A stretch of DNA of 64,000 nt from an uncultured Gammaproteobacteria bacterium (GCA_964404275.1 CAYOJH010000001.1:41512-105511), one strand, 5' to 3'. Positions 27,945-37,501 are shown, numbered from the stretch's first letter. The notes: generated by a model from the sequence alone, not told the origin. Numbers and translations are program-made.

Positions 27945-30095
27945 TTACCGCTTGAAGCCCTGCTGATCGAGGAAGTCATGGAACGGCTTTTCGCTGTCCC
28001 AGCGCCTCTCTTCGGGCTTGATCTTGTCGTTGCTGTAGAAGGTCGTCCGCGTACCGACGATCCGGCCGCTGATCGAATCGACTTCCAGCACGCCGAAGCC
28101 CTGGTCGACCGTCTTGAGCTTGCTGTGCTCGAACGGGCTGCCGTGCTTCATGGTGGGAATCTGGACGCAGATGCGCTGCCCCAGCTTCTGATCCCACTCT
28201 TCGACGACGACGGCCGTGTGGAAGTTGCCGATGACGACCACCGGACAATCCCGGTAGAGCATCAGCGACTTCTGCGCCGAGCTCGAGATGGTCTCGGAAC
28301 CGCCCATGTGCGGGTGGGTCATGCCCATCAGGAGGCCTGACGGAAGCGTGAACTTGCCGTCTCCGACCGTCTCGATGCGGCTCTCGACCAGGCGCATGAC
28401 CCGGTCGATCGACAGGCCCTTGGAGCCGAGGTGATCTTCGATCCACTGCGTGAGCAGCTCCACGATTTCATGCACCATCGTCACCAGGGGCTTCACGCCG
28501 CTCCGGCCGATCCAACCGCAGTGGTTGCCCGGCACGTAGCGGAACATCGGCAGCATCTGCCGGACCAGCTCCGCGATTTCCTCGCGCTTCTTCGGCGCGG
28601 ACGCCTTCAAAGCGGCGTCGAAGCGCGTCTGGAACACCTTGTGGAGCACGGTGGCGATCATGTGCGCCGCCAGCCGCTCCTGCCGGGTGTTGTCGAAGCC
28701 GAGAATGATCTCGTCCTTCATCATCATGTCGTGGGACGTGCCCTCGACGTGATCGCCGGCGCTGACCAGCATGTTCGCGCCTCGCTCGAGCATGACCCTC
28801 GGCACTTCCTCGCGGAAGTGCTTGTAGTCGGTGTCGCGCGAGCCGGCGTGCATGCAGCAGATGGCCACGACCACGTCCTTCTTCAGCTCGCCTTGCGGCG
28901 TGCCGTAGCGGAGGGAGCGTTGGACCCACTCGAGGTTGAAGTCCCAGCGATCGGACGGCTCGTCGTAGACGAGTCCGGACCAGGTCGCGTACCGCTTGTG
29001 GTCCTTGGTCGCGAGCAACTCCTTCAGCGTCTTGCGAACATCTTCCTTGTCGAGGCCGGTCTCGTCGGCGATGCGCCCGGTCGTCGAACGACCGTGATGG
29101 CGCAGCACTTCCAGACACGCCTTCTGCTTCGACGACGGATCCTGCGGCATGCCGATGAAGGTGCGCTCGCGGCTCAGCAGATCCTTGAAGGAGAAGCTGC
29201 GCATCGTCGGGTTGCGACGAACGTGCTCGATCTCCAGGACCTGGACGCCGACTTGCGTTTCGGCCACGCCGGTGTCGTCGAGACGATGCAGCGCGGGCAC
29301 GGCCACGAAGCCGATCGGCCAGTTGCCTTCGGGCTTCATGATCGAGACGCCGACCGAACCGACGACCTGGAAGTCCACGCGCACGCCCGACGACGTCTGG
29401 CGGCGCTTGTCCTTGATGCGGCGCTGGACCGGCGTCGAGTGATAATCGCCGCGGAGCCAGGCCTGCTTGTCGAGCGTCAGCGCTTCGAGGTTGCGCTCGT
29501 GCGGCTTGCCTTCCCAGAGCGGGAGACGGTCGCCGCCGGGCTTGAGCACCCGGAACTCGCCCTGCTTGCGCAGATCGGCGAGCTTCAGCGCGGTCTCTTC
29601 GCCCATTTCCTTGTCGTAGACGGGAGACGGGATGAAGTACAGCTTGATCGGCCGACCCTTGCCGTCCGTGAAACGCGGCAGCCACTCTTCGAGCGCCTCC
29701 GCCATCGCCTCGGGCGTGAGCGCGTCGATCTTCGCCTTGAGCTGCGCCATCTTGCGGTTCAGCTTGGCGAGCTCCTTCCGGAGCCGCTCGATCGCCTTGG
29801 CATTGACGGCGGTCTCGTCGCTGTTTTCCAGGACGTAGAGCTCGGTCGATACGGCCTTGGCCGACTTCGACGTCTCCTTCGACTGCTTGTGCAGCTTCGA
29901 GAGCTTGTCCTTGACGGCCTTGGCGGCGATGAGGCCGCCGGCCAGGATGACGAACGCGACGTCTTCGGCTTTGAAGCGTTCGGCGGCGAGCTCGAGGAGT
30001 CCCCGCCGAAAACCATCGCCTCCGAAATCGACGCGCGACATGAGTCCGATGCGGACCACCTTGTCGCCGTTACGGTCCTTGATGTTGTCCGACAT
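27945..30095 (-). CDS. Multidomain protein: degenerate metallophosphoesterase with coiled-coil insert, winged HTH, then a second metallophosphoesterase
   Basis: C-domain CMHAG, AGDHVEG, PGNH, THPH, GNFH; central LEVLRHHGRSTTGRIADETGLDKEDVRKTLKEL; SD AGGAG before ATG 30095. Confidence 0.72.
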   Translation of the reverse strand: MSDNIKDRNGDKVVRIGLMSRVDFGGDGFRRGLLELAAERFKAEDVAFVILAGGLIAAKAVKDKLSKLHKQSKETSKSAKAVSTELYVLENSDETAVNAKAIERLRKELAKLNRKMAQLKAKIDALTPEAMAEALEEWLPRFTDGKGRPIKLYFIPSPVYDKEMGEETALKLADLRKQGEFRVLKPGGDRLPLWEGKPHERNLEALTLDKQAWLRGDYHSTPVQRRIKDKRRQTSSGVRVDFQVVGSVGVSIMKPEGNWPIGFVAVPALHRLDDTGVAETQVGVQVLEIEHVRRNPTMRSFSFKDLLSRERTFIGMPQDPSSKQKACLEVLRHHGRSTTGRIADETGLDKEDVRKTLKELLATKDHKRYATWSGLVYDEPSDRWDFNLEWVQRSLRYGTPQGELKKDVVVAICCMHAGSRDTDYKHFREEVPRVMLERGANMLVSAGDHVEGTSHDMMMKDEIILGFDNTRQERLAAHMIATVLHKVFQTRFDAALKASAPKKREEIAELVRQMLPMFRYVPGNHCGWIGRSGVKPLVTMVHEIVELLTQWIEDHLGSKGLSIDRVMRLVESRIETVGDGKFTLPSGLLMGMTHPHMGGSETISSSAQKSLMLYRDCPVVVIGNFHTAVVVEEWDQKLGQRICVQIPTMKHGSPFEHSKLKTVDQGFGVLEVDSISGRIVGTRTTFYSNDKIKPEERRWDSEKPFHDFLDQQGFKR

Positions 30096-30156
30096 GACGT
30101 ACTCCTGTTCCGGCACCGCCGGATGCGAACTTTTTTGTGGAAAGAGCGAGCGAACG

Positions 30157-30182
30157 AAAAGAACTCTTCTTACGAAGAGCCC
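30157..30182 (-). terminator. Terminator-like hairpin within the 5' leader
   Basis: GGGCTCTTC-GTAA-GAAGAGTTC-TTTT. Confidence 0.6.
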
Positions 30183-30241
30183 TTCTCGAACACAAGGAAA
30201 TCGCCCTCTCCTTTTTCAACCATGACGTTCAGTGCAGCCAT
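30170..30241 (-). other. Putative leader peptide (23 aa)
   Basis: AAGGA-7nt-ATG, MAALNVMVEKGEGDFLVFEKGSS; the TAA lies in the hairpin loop. Confidence 0.4.
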
Positions 30242-30297
30242 AGGCATTTCCTTATGCGCCTCTAGTATAGAGCCTCAGTCCCCCGGCACAACCCCGG

Positions 30298-30306
30298 TTA
30301 TCCACA
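30298..30306 (+). promoter_or_regulatory. DnaA box
   Basis: Perfect TTATCCACA, just upstream of a minus-strand TATACT (30264-30269). Confidence 0.55.
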
Positions 30307-30319
30307 TACAAAAAATGGG

Positions 30320-30853
30320 CTAAACGCCCATGAGTTTGAAGATCTGCTCCTTGTCGCTCTGCGGCCAATCGCCGAACGGATGCTGCGCCAGATTCTTGTT
30401 CTTGAAGCGCGCGTCCTTCGTGACTTCGCGGCCCAGCCAGGCCGGACGATGCTTGCGCTTCAATCCGTACTTCTTGCGCGGCGTCTCGAGCTCGGCGATC
30501 ACGAGGCCTTCGTTCTCGCCGCGGAAGAAATCGATTTCCCATTTCAGGCCGTCGAAGCCGGCCGGGATTTCGAAGCGTTCCTTCGTGATGATCGAGGCGA
30601 TCCTCGAGGCGTGCTCGCGCAGCCAGCGGCGTCCTTCCGCCAGCGGCATGCGGCCGAGCTCGACCTCGATGTTCTTGTCGCCTTTGAGTTCCAAGACGCC
30701 CTCGCTGCCGATGAGGCGGACCCGGATCTGAGGCGAAAGACAGAGGTAACCCTGTTCGAGTTCCTGTCCGTCCTTCAAAAGACCGCGCGGCATCTCGTTG
30801 ACGCGCACGAGGAATTTTTTTTCGTATTCCTTGCCGGGAACAAGCTGCGCCAT
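30320..30853 (-). CDS. CYTH (triphosphate tunnel metalloenzyme) protein
   Basis: EYEKKF (ExExK), QGYL, RVR, WEIDFF, AELE, WLGREVT; SD GGAGG. Confidence 0.9.
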   Translation of the reverse strand: MAQLVPGKEYEKKFLVRVNEMPRGLLKDGQELEQGYLCLSPQIRVRLIGSEGVLELKGDKNIEVELGRMPLAEGRRWLREHASRIASIITKERFEIPAGFDGLKWEIDFFRGENEGLVIAELETPRKKYGLKRKHRPAWLGREVTKDARFKNKNLAQHPFGDWPQSDKEQIFKLMGV

Positions 30854-30944
30854 AGATGCCTCCGCCCGAAATCTAGCACATTGACGAAAGACGTAAAGGG
30901 TGTATCGTGGCTTCGTTCCGAGCGGAACACGAGGTCTTTCATTC

Positions 30945-32048
30945 ATGTCCACGTACATCAGGGAGCTGGAGCTGAAGCCCCAGTCTCTCGATTCTTTCCG
31001 AACCTTCGTAAAAAATTGCGTCGAGCAGAAGGCGCACCTGGCGCTGATCATCGCCCAGATCGATCCCGACGGCGTCGCCTGCGCCAAGCTGATGAAGACC
31101 GTCTTCGAGTATCTCGGTCTCGAAGTGGCCGGCATCTACTACGCCGGCACCGTCGGCCATCGGCAGAACCACAAGATCTTCGACAAGTTCAACCTCTCGG
31201 GCGAGATCACGAAGATCGAGGAGATGCCGGAAGGCTGCCTGCACATGCTGATCGATTCGTCCAAGCTGCCCGACACGCGCCTGGCGAACACGAAGTTTTC
31301 GCTGGAGCATTTCGTCGGCTTCATCGACCACCACCACACCAACGGCAAGGTGCCCGACAAATCTCCGCGCGAACGCTTCATGTGGAACGCCCAGAGCGTG
31401 GCGGCCACGACCCTGGCGTGGATCTTGGCGAAGAAGCTCGAAGTGCCGATCGATGAAACGCTGGCGACCTTGGCGGCGATCGGCATCTATACCGATTCCA
31501 ACCGGCTGGCCTCCGAGTTCGTCAAGGACGAGGACGTCAAAGCCTACGCGCAGGCGCGAGAGCAGGGACAGACGGAGCTGTTCTCCAAGTGCTGCAACTA
31601 TCGCCTGACGAAGCGCTGCCGCCTGATCCTGGCGGAGGTGCTGACGAACTGCGAGGACATCGAGGAGTATCAGATCTCGCATCCGAGCACGCATCTCACC
31701 GAGGAGGACGGCGACGACATCTCGATCTACGCCGACCACCTCCACAAGTACGAAGGGTCGCACACGACCATCGTCTGGGGGCTGTGCGGCTCGGAGATCC
31801 GCTACTCGATCCGCAGCAACGGCGAGGGCGGCAACGTCAACGACGTGCTGCACCGCCTGTTCGGAAAAAGCACCGGCGGCACGAAGCAAGGCGCGGGCGG
31901 CGGACGCTTTCGCCTGCCCGAGCAGATCGCTCCGCTCGAGGAGAGCAGCGAAAAGTTCATCGCGTTCTTCGGCGCCCATCTGCTGCAAAAGCTGACCCAC
32001 CACGCCGGCGTCACGAACGCCGCGGACGGCGGCGCCAAAAAGCCCTAG
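30945..32048 (+). CDS. DHH/DHHA1 phosphoesterase (NrnA/Pde2-like)
   Basis: DPDG, IDS, IDHH, GIYTDS, SIRS, AGGG. Confidence 0.85.
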   Translation: MSTYIRELELKPQSLDSFRTFVKNCVEQKAHLALIIAQIDPDGVACAKLMKTVFEYLGLEVAGIYYAGTVGHRQNHKIFDKFNLSGEITKIEEMPEGCLHMLIDSSKLPDTRLANTKFSLEHFVGFIDHHHTNGKVPDKSPRERFMWNAQSVAATTLAWILAKKLEVPIDETLATLAAIGIYTDSNRLASEFVKDEDVKAYAQAREQGQTELFSKCCNYRLTKRCRLILAEVLTNCEDIEEYQISHPSTHLTEEDGDDISIYADHLHKYEGSHTTIVWGLCGSEIRYSIRSNGEGGNVNDVLHRLFGKSTGGTKQGAGGGRFRLPEQIAPLEESSEKFIAFFGAHLLQKLTHHAGVTNAADGGAKKP

Positions 32049-32085
32049 GGACTCGTCCCGGGCTTTTTTTCTTTGTGAGGCCGGA

Positions 32086-34161
32086 TCAGTACTCGTCGAT
32101 GTTTTTCAACAGTCCTTTCCGCTGGATCGGATCGCCGCTCTCGTCGTAGGTGATGGTCGGCAGATCGTCGTAGGATTCTTCGATGCGGATCTCGTCGACC
32201 AGGCGTGGCGAAAGTTCCTGCAGGAATTCCGATTTCGGCTCGAACGAGAAGTCGCCGTAGCCGACGGAAATGGGATAGGTCAGCCAGAGGTCGCGTCGGG
32301 CGCGCGTGACCGCGACGTAAAAGAGGCGCCGCTCTTCTTCGAGGCCGGAACCCGCGTCCCCCTCCACCAGCGCGCGCTTGTTCGGAAAAGCGCCTTGCGT
32401 CATGTGGATGACGAAGACCGCGTCCCATTCGAGCCCTTTGGCCTGATGGATCGTCGAGAGCACGACTTTGCCTTCGCTCGTGTCGGTCGGCTGGAGGATG
32501 CGCGCGTTCTTGCCGGCCGCGGCGATATCGTCGCGGAGCGCGGCGTCGGCCAAGAAGGATTCGGCGTCCGGATACTGTTCGGCGAAACCGGCCAGCTGTT
32601 CGAGATCTTCCAAGCGGTCGCGATAATCCGGGTATTCGTTTTCGAGATAGACCTTGTATTCCGAATCGGCGACCGTGCGGAGCAAGGCCGAAGGCGACGG
32701 GCGCGCGTCGAGCACCGCGCCGAACGTTTTGAGAAAACTCCGCCAGCCGGAAGCGGCGCGGCTCGGCAAACCGATCGCCACCTCATCGCCGACGTCGTCG
32801 AGCGTCGGCAGCGCGCGGACGCGTTCGAGCAAGCGGACGGCCGTGGCCGGGCCAATGCCGACTTGGAGCGAGAGCACGCGCATCCAGGCGACTTCATCGT
32901 CCTTGTTGACCGTGATGCGCAAAAACGACAGCGCGTCCTTGATGTGCGCGCGGTCGAAGAATTTCATGCCGCCGCGGTAGTCGTACGGGATGCCGCGCTT
33001 CATCAATTCGAATTCGAGCGCTTGCGAATGGAAGGTCGCGCGGAAGAGTACGGCGACTTCGTCGAAGGGCGTGCCCTCGTCATGGAGTTCCAGGATGCGC
33101 TGGGCGATGAATTCCGCTTCCTGCGCGCCGGAGACGGCGTTCACGACGGAAGGCTTGGCGAACGAAGGCTTCACGCTCTTGAGCGCCTTCGGGAATTGCT
33201 CGATGTTCTTCGAAATCACGTCGTTGGCCAGCTCGAGGATTTCCGGCGTCGAGCGGTAGTTGGTTTCGAGACGAAAGGTTTTCGTGTTGGGGAACAGTTT
33301 CGGAAACGCCAAAATATTGCGGATGTCGGCGCCGCGGAACGAATAAATGGATTGCGCGTCGTCGCCGACCACGACCACGTTGCCGTGCACGGTCGCGAGC
33401 CGGCAGACGATCTCGGCTTGCACGCGGTTGGTGTCCTGATACTCGTCGACCAGGATGTAGCGGAACTGTTCCGCGTACCGCAGCCGCGACGCTTCGTCCT
33501 CGCGCAGCAGCTTGGCGGTCAGGAGCAAGAGATCGTCGAAATCGACCGCGTTCGAGGCGCGCTTCTTGGACATGTAGCGCGCGATCACGTCTTCGATGGC
33601 GGAGAGCTGATCGCGGAAAACGGGGTGCTTGGCTTCGACGACGTCCGGCACGGAAACGCCGGCATTGAAGGAAAAGGAGGCGAGGCTAAGCAGGACGGCC
33701 GGCGACGGAAAGCGCTTGGCTTTCGTATCGACGCCGATCTCGCGCACGCAGGCTTTCATCAAGTCTCTCGCGTCTTCCGCGTCCAAAATCGTGAAGCCCT
33801 CGCGCAAGCCGACGCGCGTTCCCCGCTCCCTCAAAATTCGATGGCAGACGTGGTGGAACGTGCCGCCCCAGAGGCGCGAGGGTTCCGCGCCGATCAGCTC
33901 GGCCACGCGTTCGCGCATTTCGCGCGCGGCTTTGTTGGTAAACGTTAAAAGCAGAATCTGCTCGGGCGCGACGCCTTTTTCCAAAAGATAGGCCACGCGA
34001 TAGACGATCGTGCGCGTCTTGCCGGAACCGGCGCCGGCCAAGACCAGGCACGGCCCGTCGCCGTTCACGACGACGTCGAGCTGCTCCTCGTTCAATTCCG
34101 CCGCGTAGTCGATGCGGAATTCGGGCGCGCCGCCGGATTTCTTGAGGACGTACGTCTTCAT
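32086..34161 (-). CDS. UvrD/PcrA-family ATP-dependent DNA helicase
   Basis: AGAGSGKT, TFTNKAA, VDEYQD, GDDAQSIYSFRGA, NYRS, TIHQAKGLE, EEERRLFYVAVTRA. Confidence 0.95.
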   Translation of the reverse strand: MKTYVLKKSGGAPEFRIDYAAELNEEQLDVVVNGDGPCLVLAGAGSGKTRTIVYRVAYLLEKGVAPEQILLLTFTNKAAREMRERVAELIGAEPSRLWGGTFHHVCHRILRERGTRVGLREGFTILDAEDARDLMKACVREIGVDTKAKRFPSPAVLLSLASFSFNAGVSVPDVVEAKHPVFRDQLSAIEDVIARYMSKKRASNAVDFDDLLLLTAKLLREDEASRLRYAEQFRYILVDEYQDTNRVQAEIVCRLATVHGNVVVVGDDAQSIYSFRGADIRNILAFPKLFPNTKTFRLETNYRSTPEILELANDVISKNIEQFPKALKSVKPSFAKPSVVNAVSGAQEAEFIAQRILELHDEGTPFDEVAVLFRATFHSQALEFELMKRGIPYDYRGGMKFFDRAHIKDALSFLRITVNKDDEVAWMRVLSLQVGIGPATAVRLLERVRALPTLDDVGDEVAIGLPSRAASGWRSFLKTFGAVLDARPSPSALLRTVADSEYKVYLENEYPDYRDRLEDLEQLAGFAEQYPDAESFLADAALRDDIAAAGKNARILQPTDTSEGKVVLSTIHQAKGLEWDAVFVIHMTQGAFPNKRALVEGDAGSGLEEERRLFYVAVTRARRDLWLTYPISVGYGDFSFEPKSEFLQELSPRLVDEIRIEESYDDLPTITYDESGDPIQRKGLLKNIDEY

Positions 34162-34234
34162 GCCTCGCAGTCTAGCGGTCGGACGGCGAACAAGGCAAAT
34201 AAAAACGGCGGGAACCACCATTCCTGCCGCAGAG

Positions 34235-34534
34235 TCACTCTTCGCCGACGAGCTGTTTGTACTCCGTATGAAGGACCTTGGTAATCGCTTGGCGCTGCGC
34301 TGCGTTCGGCTTGCCATCCCCTTTGGCCCAGCCGTCCACATCGCGATCACGCCCATGCGGCAATCCTGCCGCGCGGGCAATCGGCCAGCGCATGGCCGGC
34401 GTCACTCCGAGCATGACGCCGATCATTTGGACGAAGTGGTCTTCGTCATCAGCAGGCCGCAGCTCTCTGAATACGCTGCGAAGCCGTGCTACAAGGTCGT
34501 CTCTCGTCCGGCTCTTCTCTCCGCGCTTCTCCAT
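34235..34534 (-). CDS. Small protein, degenerate XRE-HTH-like
   Basis: SD GGAGGAG; own promoter TTGACG-17-TAGGGT (34599-34627); WAKGDGKP motif. Confidence 0.65.
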   Translation of the reverse strand: MEKRGEKSRTRDDLVARLRSVFRELRPADDEDHFVQMIGVMLGVTPAMRWPIARAAGLPHGRDRDVDGWAKGDGKPNAAQRQAITKVLHTEYKQLVGEE

Positions 34535-34689
34535 GGTCTCGATCTCCTCCAGGTGGGGAAGGTCTCGTCGTCACAACCGCCGGGGAGCGGCAACGAGGAC
34601 CCTACGCAGAATGCGATTTTTCGTCAAGCCACGTCGGTCGCGCTTTGCGTGGCAAGGGATAAAGAAAAAACCCCGATGAGATCGGGGCG

Positions 34690-34941
34690 TCAGACGTTCT
34701 GGAAATAGCCGCGGATGATGGCGACGACTTCGCCGCAGGCGTCGGGCAGGTCGCGGCCGGCGCCCCAGCCCTTGATCGCCCGGTAGTCTTCCTTCCGGGC
34801 GCTGCGCAGCGTGACGACCACCCGCTTATCGAGGTCGATCGCGTTGCGGACGATGTCGCTGAAGCCGCGGTCGGAGCCGTCCCAGGCGTCGATCTGGCGA
34901 ATGAGATCTTCCTTGAGCCGCTTGAGCGCCTCGGCGTCCAT
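34690..34941 (-). CDS. Small protein, degenerate XRE-HTH-like
   Basis: WGAGRDLP motif; follows 34944-35240 closely. Confidence 0.6.
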   Translation of the reverse strand: MDAEALKRLKEDLIRQIDAWDGSDRGFSDIVRNAIDLDKRVVVTLRSARKEDYRAIKGWGAGRDLPDACGEVVAIIRGYFQNV

Positions 34942-34943
34942 GG

Positions 34944-35240
34944 CTAAGGCCCTTTCAACAGGTCCGCGAAGTGCGTGCGGAGCATGCGGACGGCCTTGCG
35001 CCGCATGAGCGGGGCGGGGCTGACCGCGCCGCAGGCCCAGTTCGCGAAGAGGGTCATCTCGCCCTGCATGTACGTGCCGACGACGATCCCGCAGAGCGCG
35101 GTGTAGTGCTTCTTCTCGGGATCCGGAAGATCAAGCACGGCGGCGATCAGTTTGGAAAAATCGTCCGGACATTCGGCCGGACGGCCTTCCTCGAGCGCGT
35201 AACGGAGCTTCTGCGTCAGGTCGAGACTGCGTTCGGCCAT
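34944..35240 (-). CDS. Small protein, degenerate XRE-HTH-like
   Basis: SD AAGGAGG; WACGAVSP motif. Confidence 0.65.
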   Translation of the reverse strand: MAERSLDLTQKLRYALEEGRPAECPDDFSKLIAAVLDLPDPEKKHYTALCGIVVGTYMQGEMTLFANWACGAVSPAPLMRRKAVRMLRTHFADLLKGP

Positions 35241-35252
35241 GCCGAACCTCCT

Positions 35253-36473
35253 TTATCCGCGCTTGCGGACGGAAATGAGCTGCGGTCGCGTGCGCGACAT
35301 TGTGGAGATTACGTACGTCAGGCCGCCTTCGTCAAGCGCGTCGCCCACCTTGGGACGCTTGCCGAATTTTTCCATGACGAAGTCGCCGACCGTGCCATCG
35401 TGCGCGATCGCGGTGTTGAAGAAGTGGTTGACCTTGGCGATCTCCGTGCCCTCGCTGACCAGGATCTCGGTTTTCGAGACGCGCTTGATCGTTTCCGGCC
35501 GCACGTCCTTCTCGTCGGTGATCTCGCCGACCAATTCCTCCAGCACGTCTTCGAGCGTGACGACGCCGACCAGCTTCCCGTCGGCGTCTTCGACAATCGC
35601 GAGGTGCTGTTCCTTTTTCTGGAACAGCGGCAAAAGATCGTCGGCCGGCAGGTCGTTCCGGACGCGTATCGCTTCCTGCAGGAAGTCGATCGGCTTGGCT
35701 TGGAATTCGTCGCGCGCGACGGCCGAAATCAGGTCGCGGGTCAGCACGACGCCGAGCACTTGTTCGGCCGTTTCGCCGGTGACCGGCACGCGCGAATGCC
35801 GCAGCTCGAGCACGCGCTGGCGCTGCTCGCCGAGCGGAATGTCGCCGGGAATCGTCTCGACGCGTTCGACGAGCGTCATCATGTCGTCGGCGGTGATGTC
35901 GTTCAGCTGGAAGACGCGCCGGATGATCGACGACTCGTCGTGCTCGATCGCGCCGGCTTCATGGCCGAGCTGCGCCATGATCTTGATCTCTTCTTCCGAG
36001 ACTTTGGCCTTGAAGGCCGGCTGGCGGTGGAACGGTTTGACCAGTCGGTCGATCAGCCAGAGGATCGGCTTGAAGACCCGCGTCAACAGCAGGACCGGCG
36101 GCGCGACCAGAGGCGCGATCCGGTCGGCGTGCGCTTCGCCCAGCGTCTTCGGAATGAGTTCGGACGCGACGATGATCGCCAGCGTGAAGACGGCGAAGAA
36201 GAGGCCGAGCATCGTCGAATTGAACACGTGGTGCGCGGCGGTGCCGACCAGGGCCGAGCCGACGATCGTGGCGACGTTGTTGACGATCACGATCGTGCCG
36301 ATCGCCGAAGTCATGTCTTCCTTGACGCGCACGAGCGCCTTGGCGCCGCGGCGCTTGGCCTGCAGCATGGCGCGGACCCGCGAGTACGGAACGCTGAAGA
36401 GCGCCGCTTCGGTGCCGGAAGCGAGCGCGGCGACGGCCATGACGATGAGGACGGTGGAAAACAAGGCGAGCAT
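35253..36473 (-). CDS. CNNM/CorB (hemolysin-family) CBS-domain membrane protein
   Basis: SGTEAALFS, ELIPKT, HSRVPV, GVVTLEDVLEELVGEI. Confidence 0.92.
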   Translation of the reverse strand: MLALFSTVLIVMAVAALASGTEAALFSVPYSRVRAMLQAKRRGAKALVRVKEDMTSAIGTIVIVNNVATIVGSALVGTAAHHVFNSTMLGLFFAVFTLAIIVASELIPKTLGEAHADRIAPLVAPPVLLLTRVFKPILWLIDRLVKPFHRQPAFKAKVSEEEIKIMAQLGHEAGAIEHDESSIIRRVFQLNDITADDMMTLVERVETIPGDIPLGEQRQRVLELRHSRVPVTGETAEQVLGVVLTRDLISAVARDEFQAKPIDFLQEAIRVRNDLPADDLLPLFQKKEQHLAIVEDADGKLVGVVTLEDVLEELVGEITDEKDVRPETIKRVSKTEILVSEGTEIAKVNHFFNTAIAHDGTVGDFVMEKFGKRPKVGDALDEGGLTYVISTMSRTRPQLISVRKRG

Positions 36474-36474
36474 G

Positions 36475-37500
36475 TCAGCGCAGGTATTTCGCTTTATTGG
36501 CGCTTTGTTCTTGAAGCGTTTTCGCGTAGTGCACGTTCCCCTCTTTGTCGGTCAGGAAATACCAGTACGGATTGCTCTTGGGGCGGATGGCGGCCACGAG
36601 CGCGGACAAGCCCGGGTTGCCGATCGGTCCCGGCGGCAGGCCTTTGTACTTGTAAGTGTTCCAAGGATTGTCGACTTTCGTGTCCTGATACGTGACCGAA
36701 GGCGTCGAATGGCCGGTGATGTAGTTGACCGTCGAATCCGCTTCCAGGCCTCCTCCGCTGTCGATGCGCTTCCAGAAAATATCCGAAACCATCGCGCGAT
36801 CCGCGTCGCCGCGCACTTCGCGCTCGATGATCGAGGCGACGATCACGATATCGCGGACGGAACGATGCTTCGCGGCGATTTCCGCGCGGAGGTCCGGCGT
36901 CAGCTTGGCTTCGAAGTTGTCGAGCATGCGCCGCACGAGCGCCTTGGCGCCGCCGTCCGAAAAAATGCGATAGGTGTCGGGGAAGAGATAGCCCTCGAGC
37001 GAGGCGTTGGCCGGCTTATCCTGGAGCGCCGGATACGAAGCGGCCCAATCGGGCAGAGAACCCGGCTTCGCGAACTTCGCGCTCTCACCCGCTTCGGCGA
37101 AGAATTCTTTTTTCGAAGCGATGCCTTGCCGTTCCAGCGCGTCGGCCATGTCGTCGAGCGTCCAGCCTTCGAGGATCGTGACTTCGCGCTCGTCGGAGAT
37201 CGGTTTTCCGCCGGCCAGCGCTTTTTCGATCTCGCTCGTCTTCATCGACGGCGAAAGCTCGTAGCTGCCGGCCATGAATTTCGGCTGGTCGTGCCGGAGC
37301 CAGACGGTGAACAGAAAGTAGTTCTTGCTGCGGATCAGCCCGGCCTTCAAGAGGCCCTCGGAAATCGTGCGCGCGCCGTCGCCTTTGTTGATGACGTAGA
37401 GCGTCGTGGAGGTCGCGTGCGACACCGGCCGGTCGGAACGCAAAAACAGGACTCCGCCGAGTCCGAAGGCGATCAACACGCCGGCAAGCAGGGCTTTCAT
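36475..37500 (-). CDS. mltG: Endolytic transglycosylase MltG
   Basis: LEGYLFPDTY, ASIIERE, WNTYKYKGLPPGPI. Confidence 0.95.
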   Translation of the reverse strand: MKALLAGVLIAFGLGGVLFLRSDRPVSHATSTTLYVINKGDGARTISEGLLKAGLIRSKNYFLFTVWLRHDQPKFMAGSYELSPSMKTSEIEKALAGGKPISDEREVTILEGWTLDDMADALERQGIASKKEFFAEAGESAKFAKPGSLPDWAASYPALQDKPANASLEGYLFPDTYRIFSDGGAKALVRRMLDNFEAKLTPDLRAEIAAKHRSVRDIVIVASIIEREVRGDADRAMVSDIFWKRIDSGGGLEADSTVNYITGHSTPSVTYQDTKVDNPWNTYKYKGLPPGPIGNPGLSALVAAIRPKSNPYWYFLTDKEGNVHYAKTLQEQSANKAKYLR

Positions 37501-37501
37501 G

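Noticed and set aside
30120-30320. oriC
   Set aside because: Only one perfect DnaA box plus one weak match, no clear DUE, and no dnaA/dnaN nearby; treated as a regulatory site.
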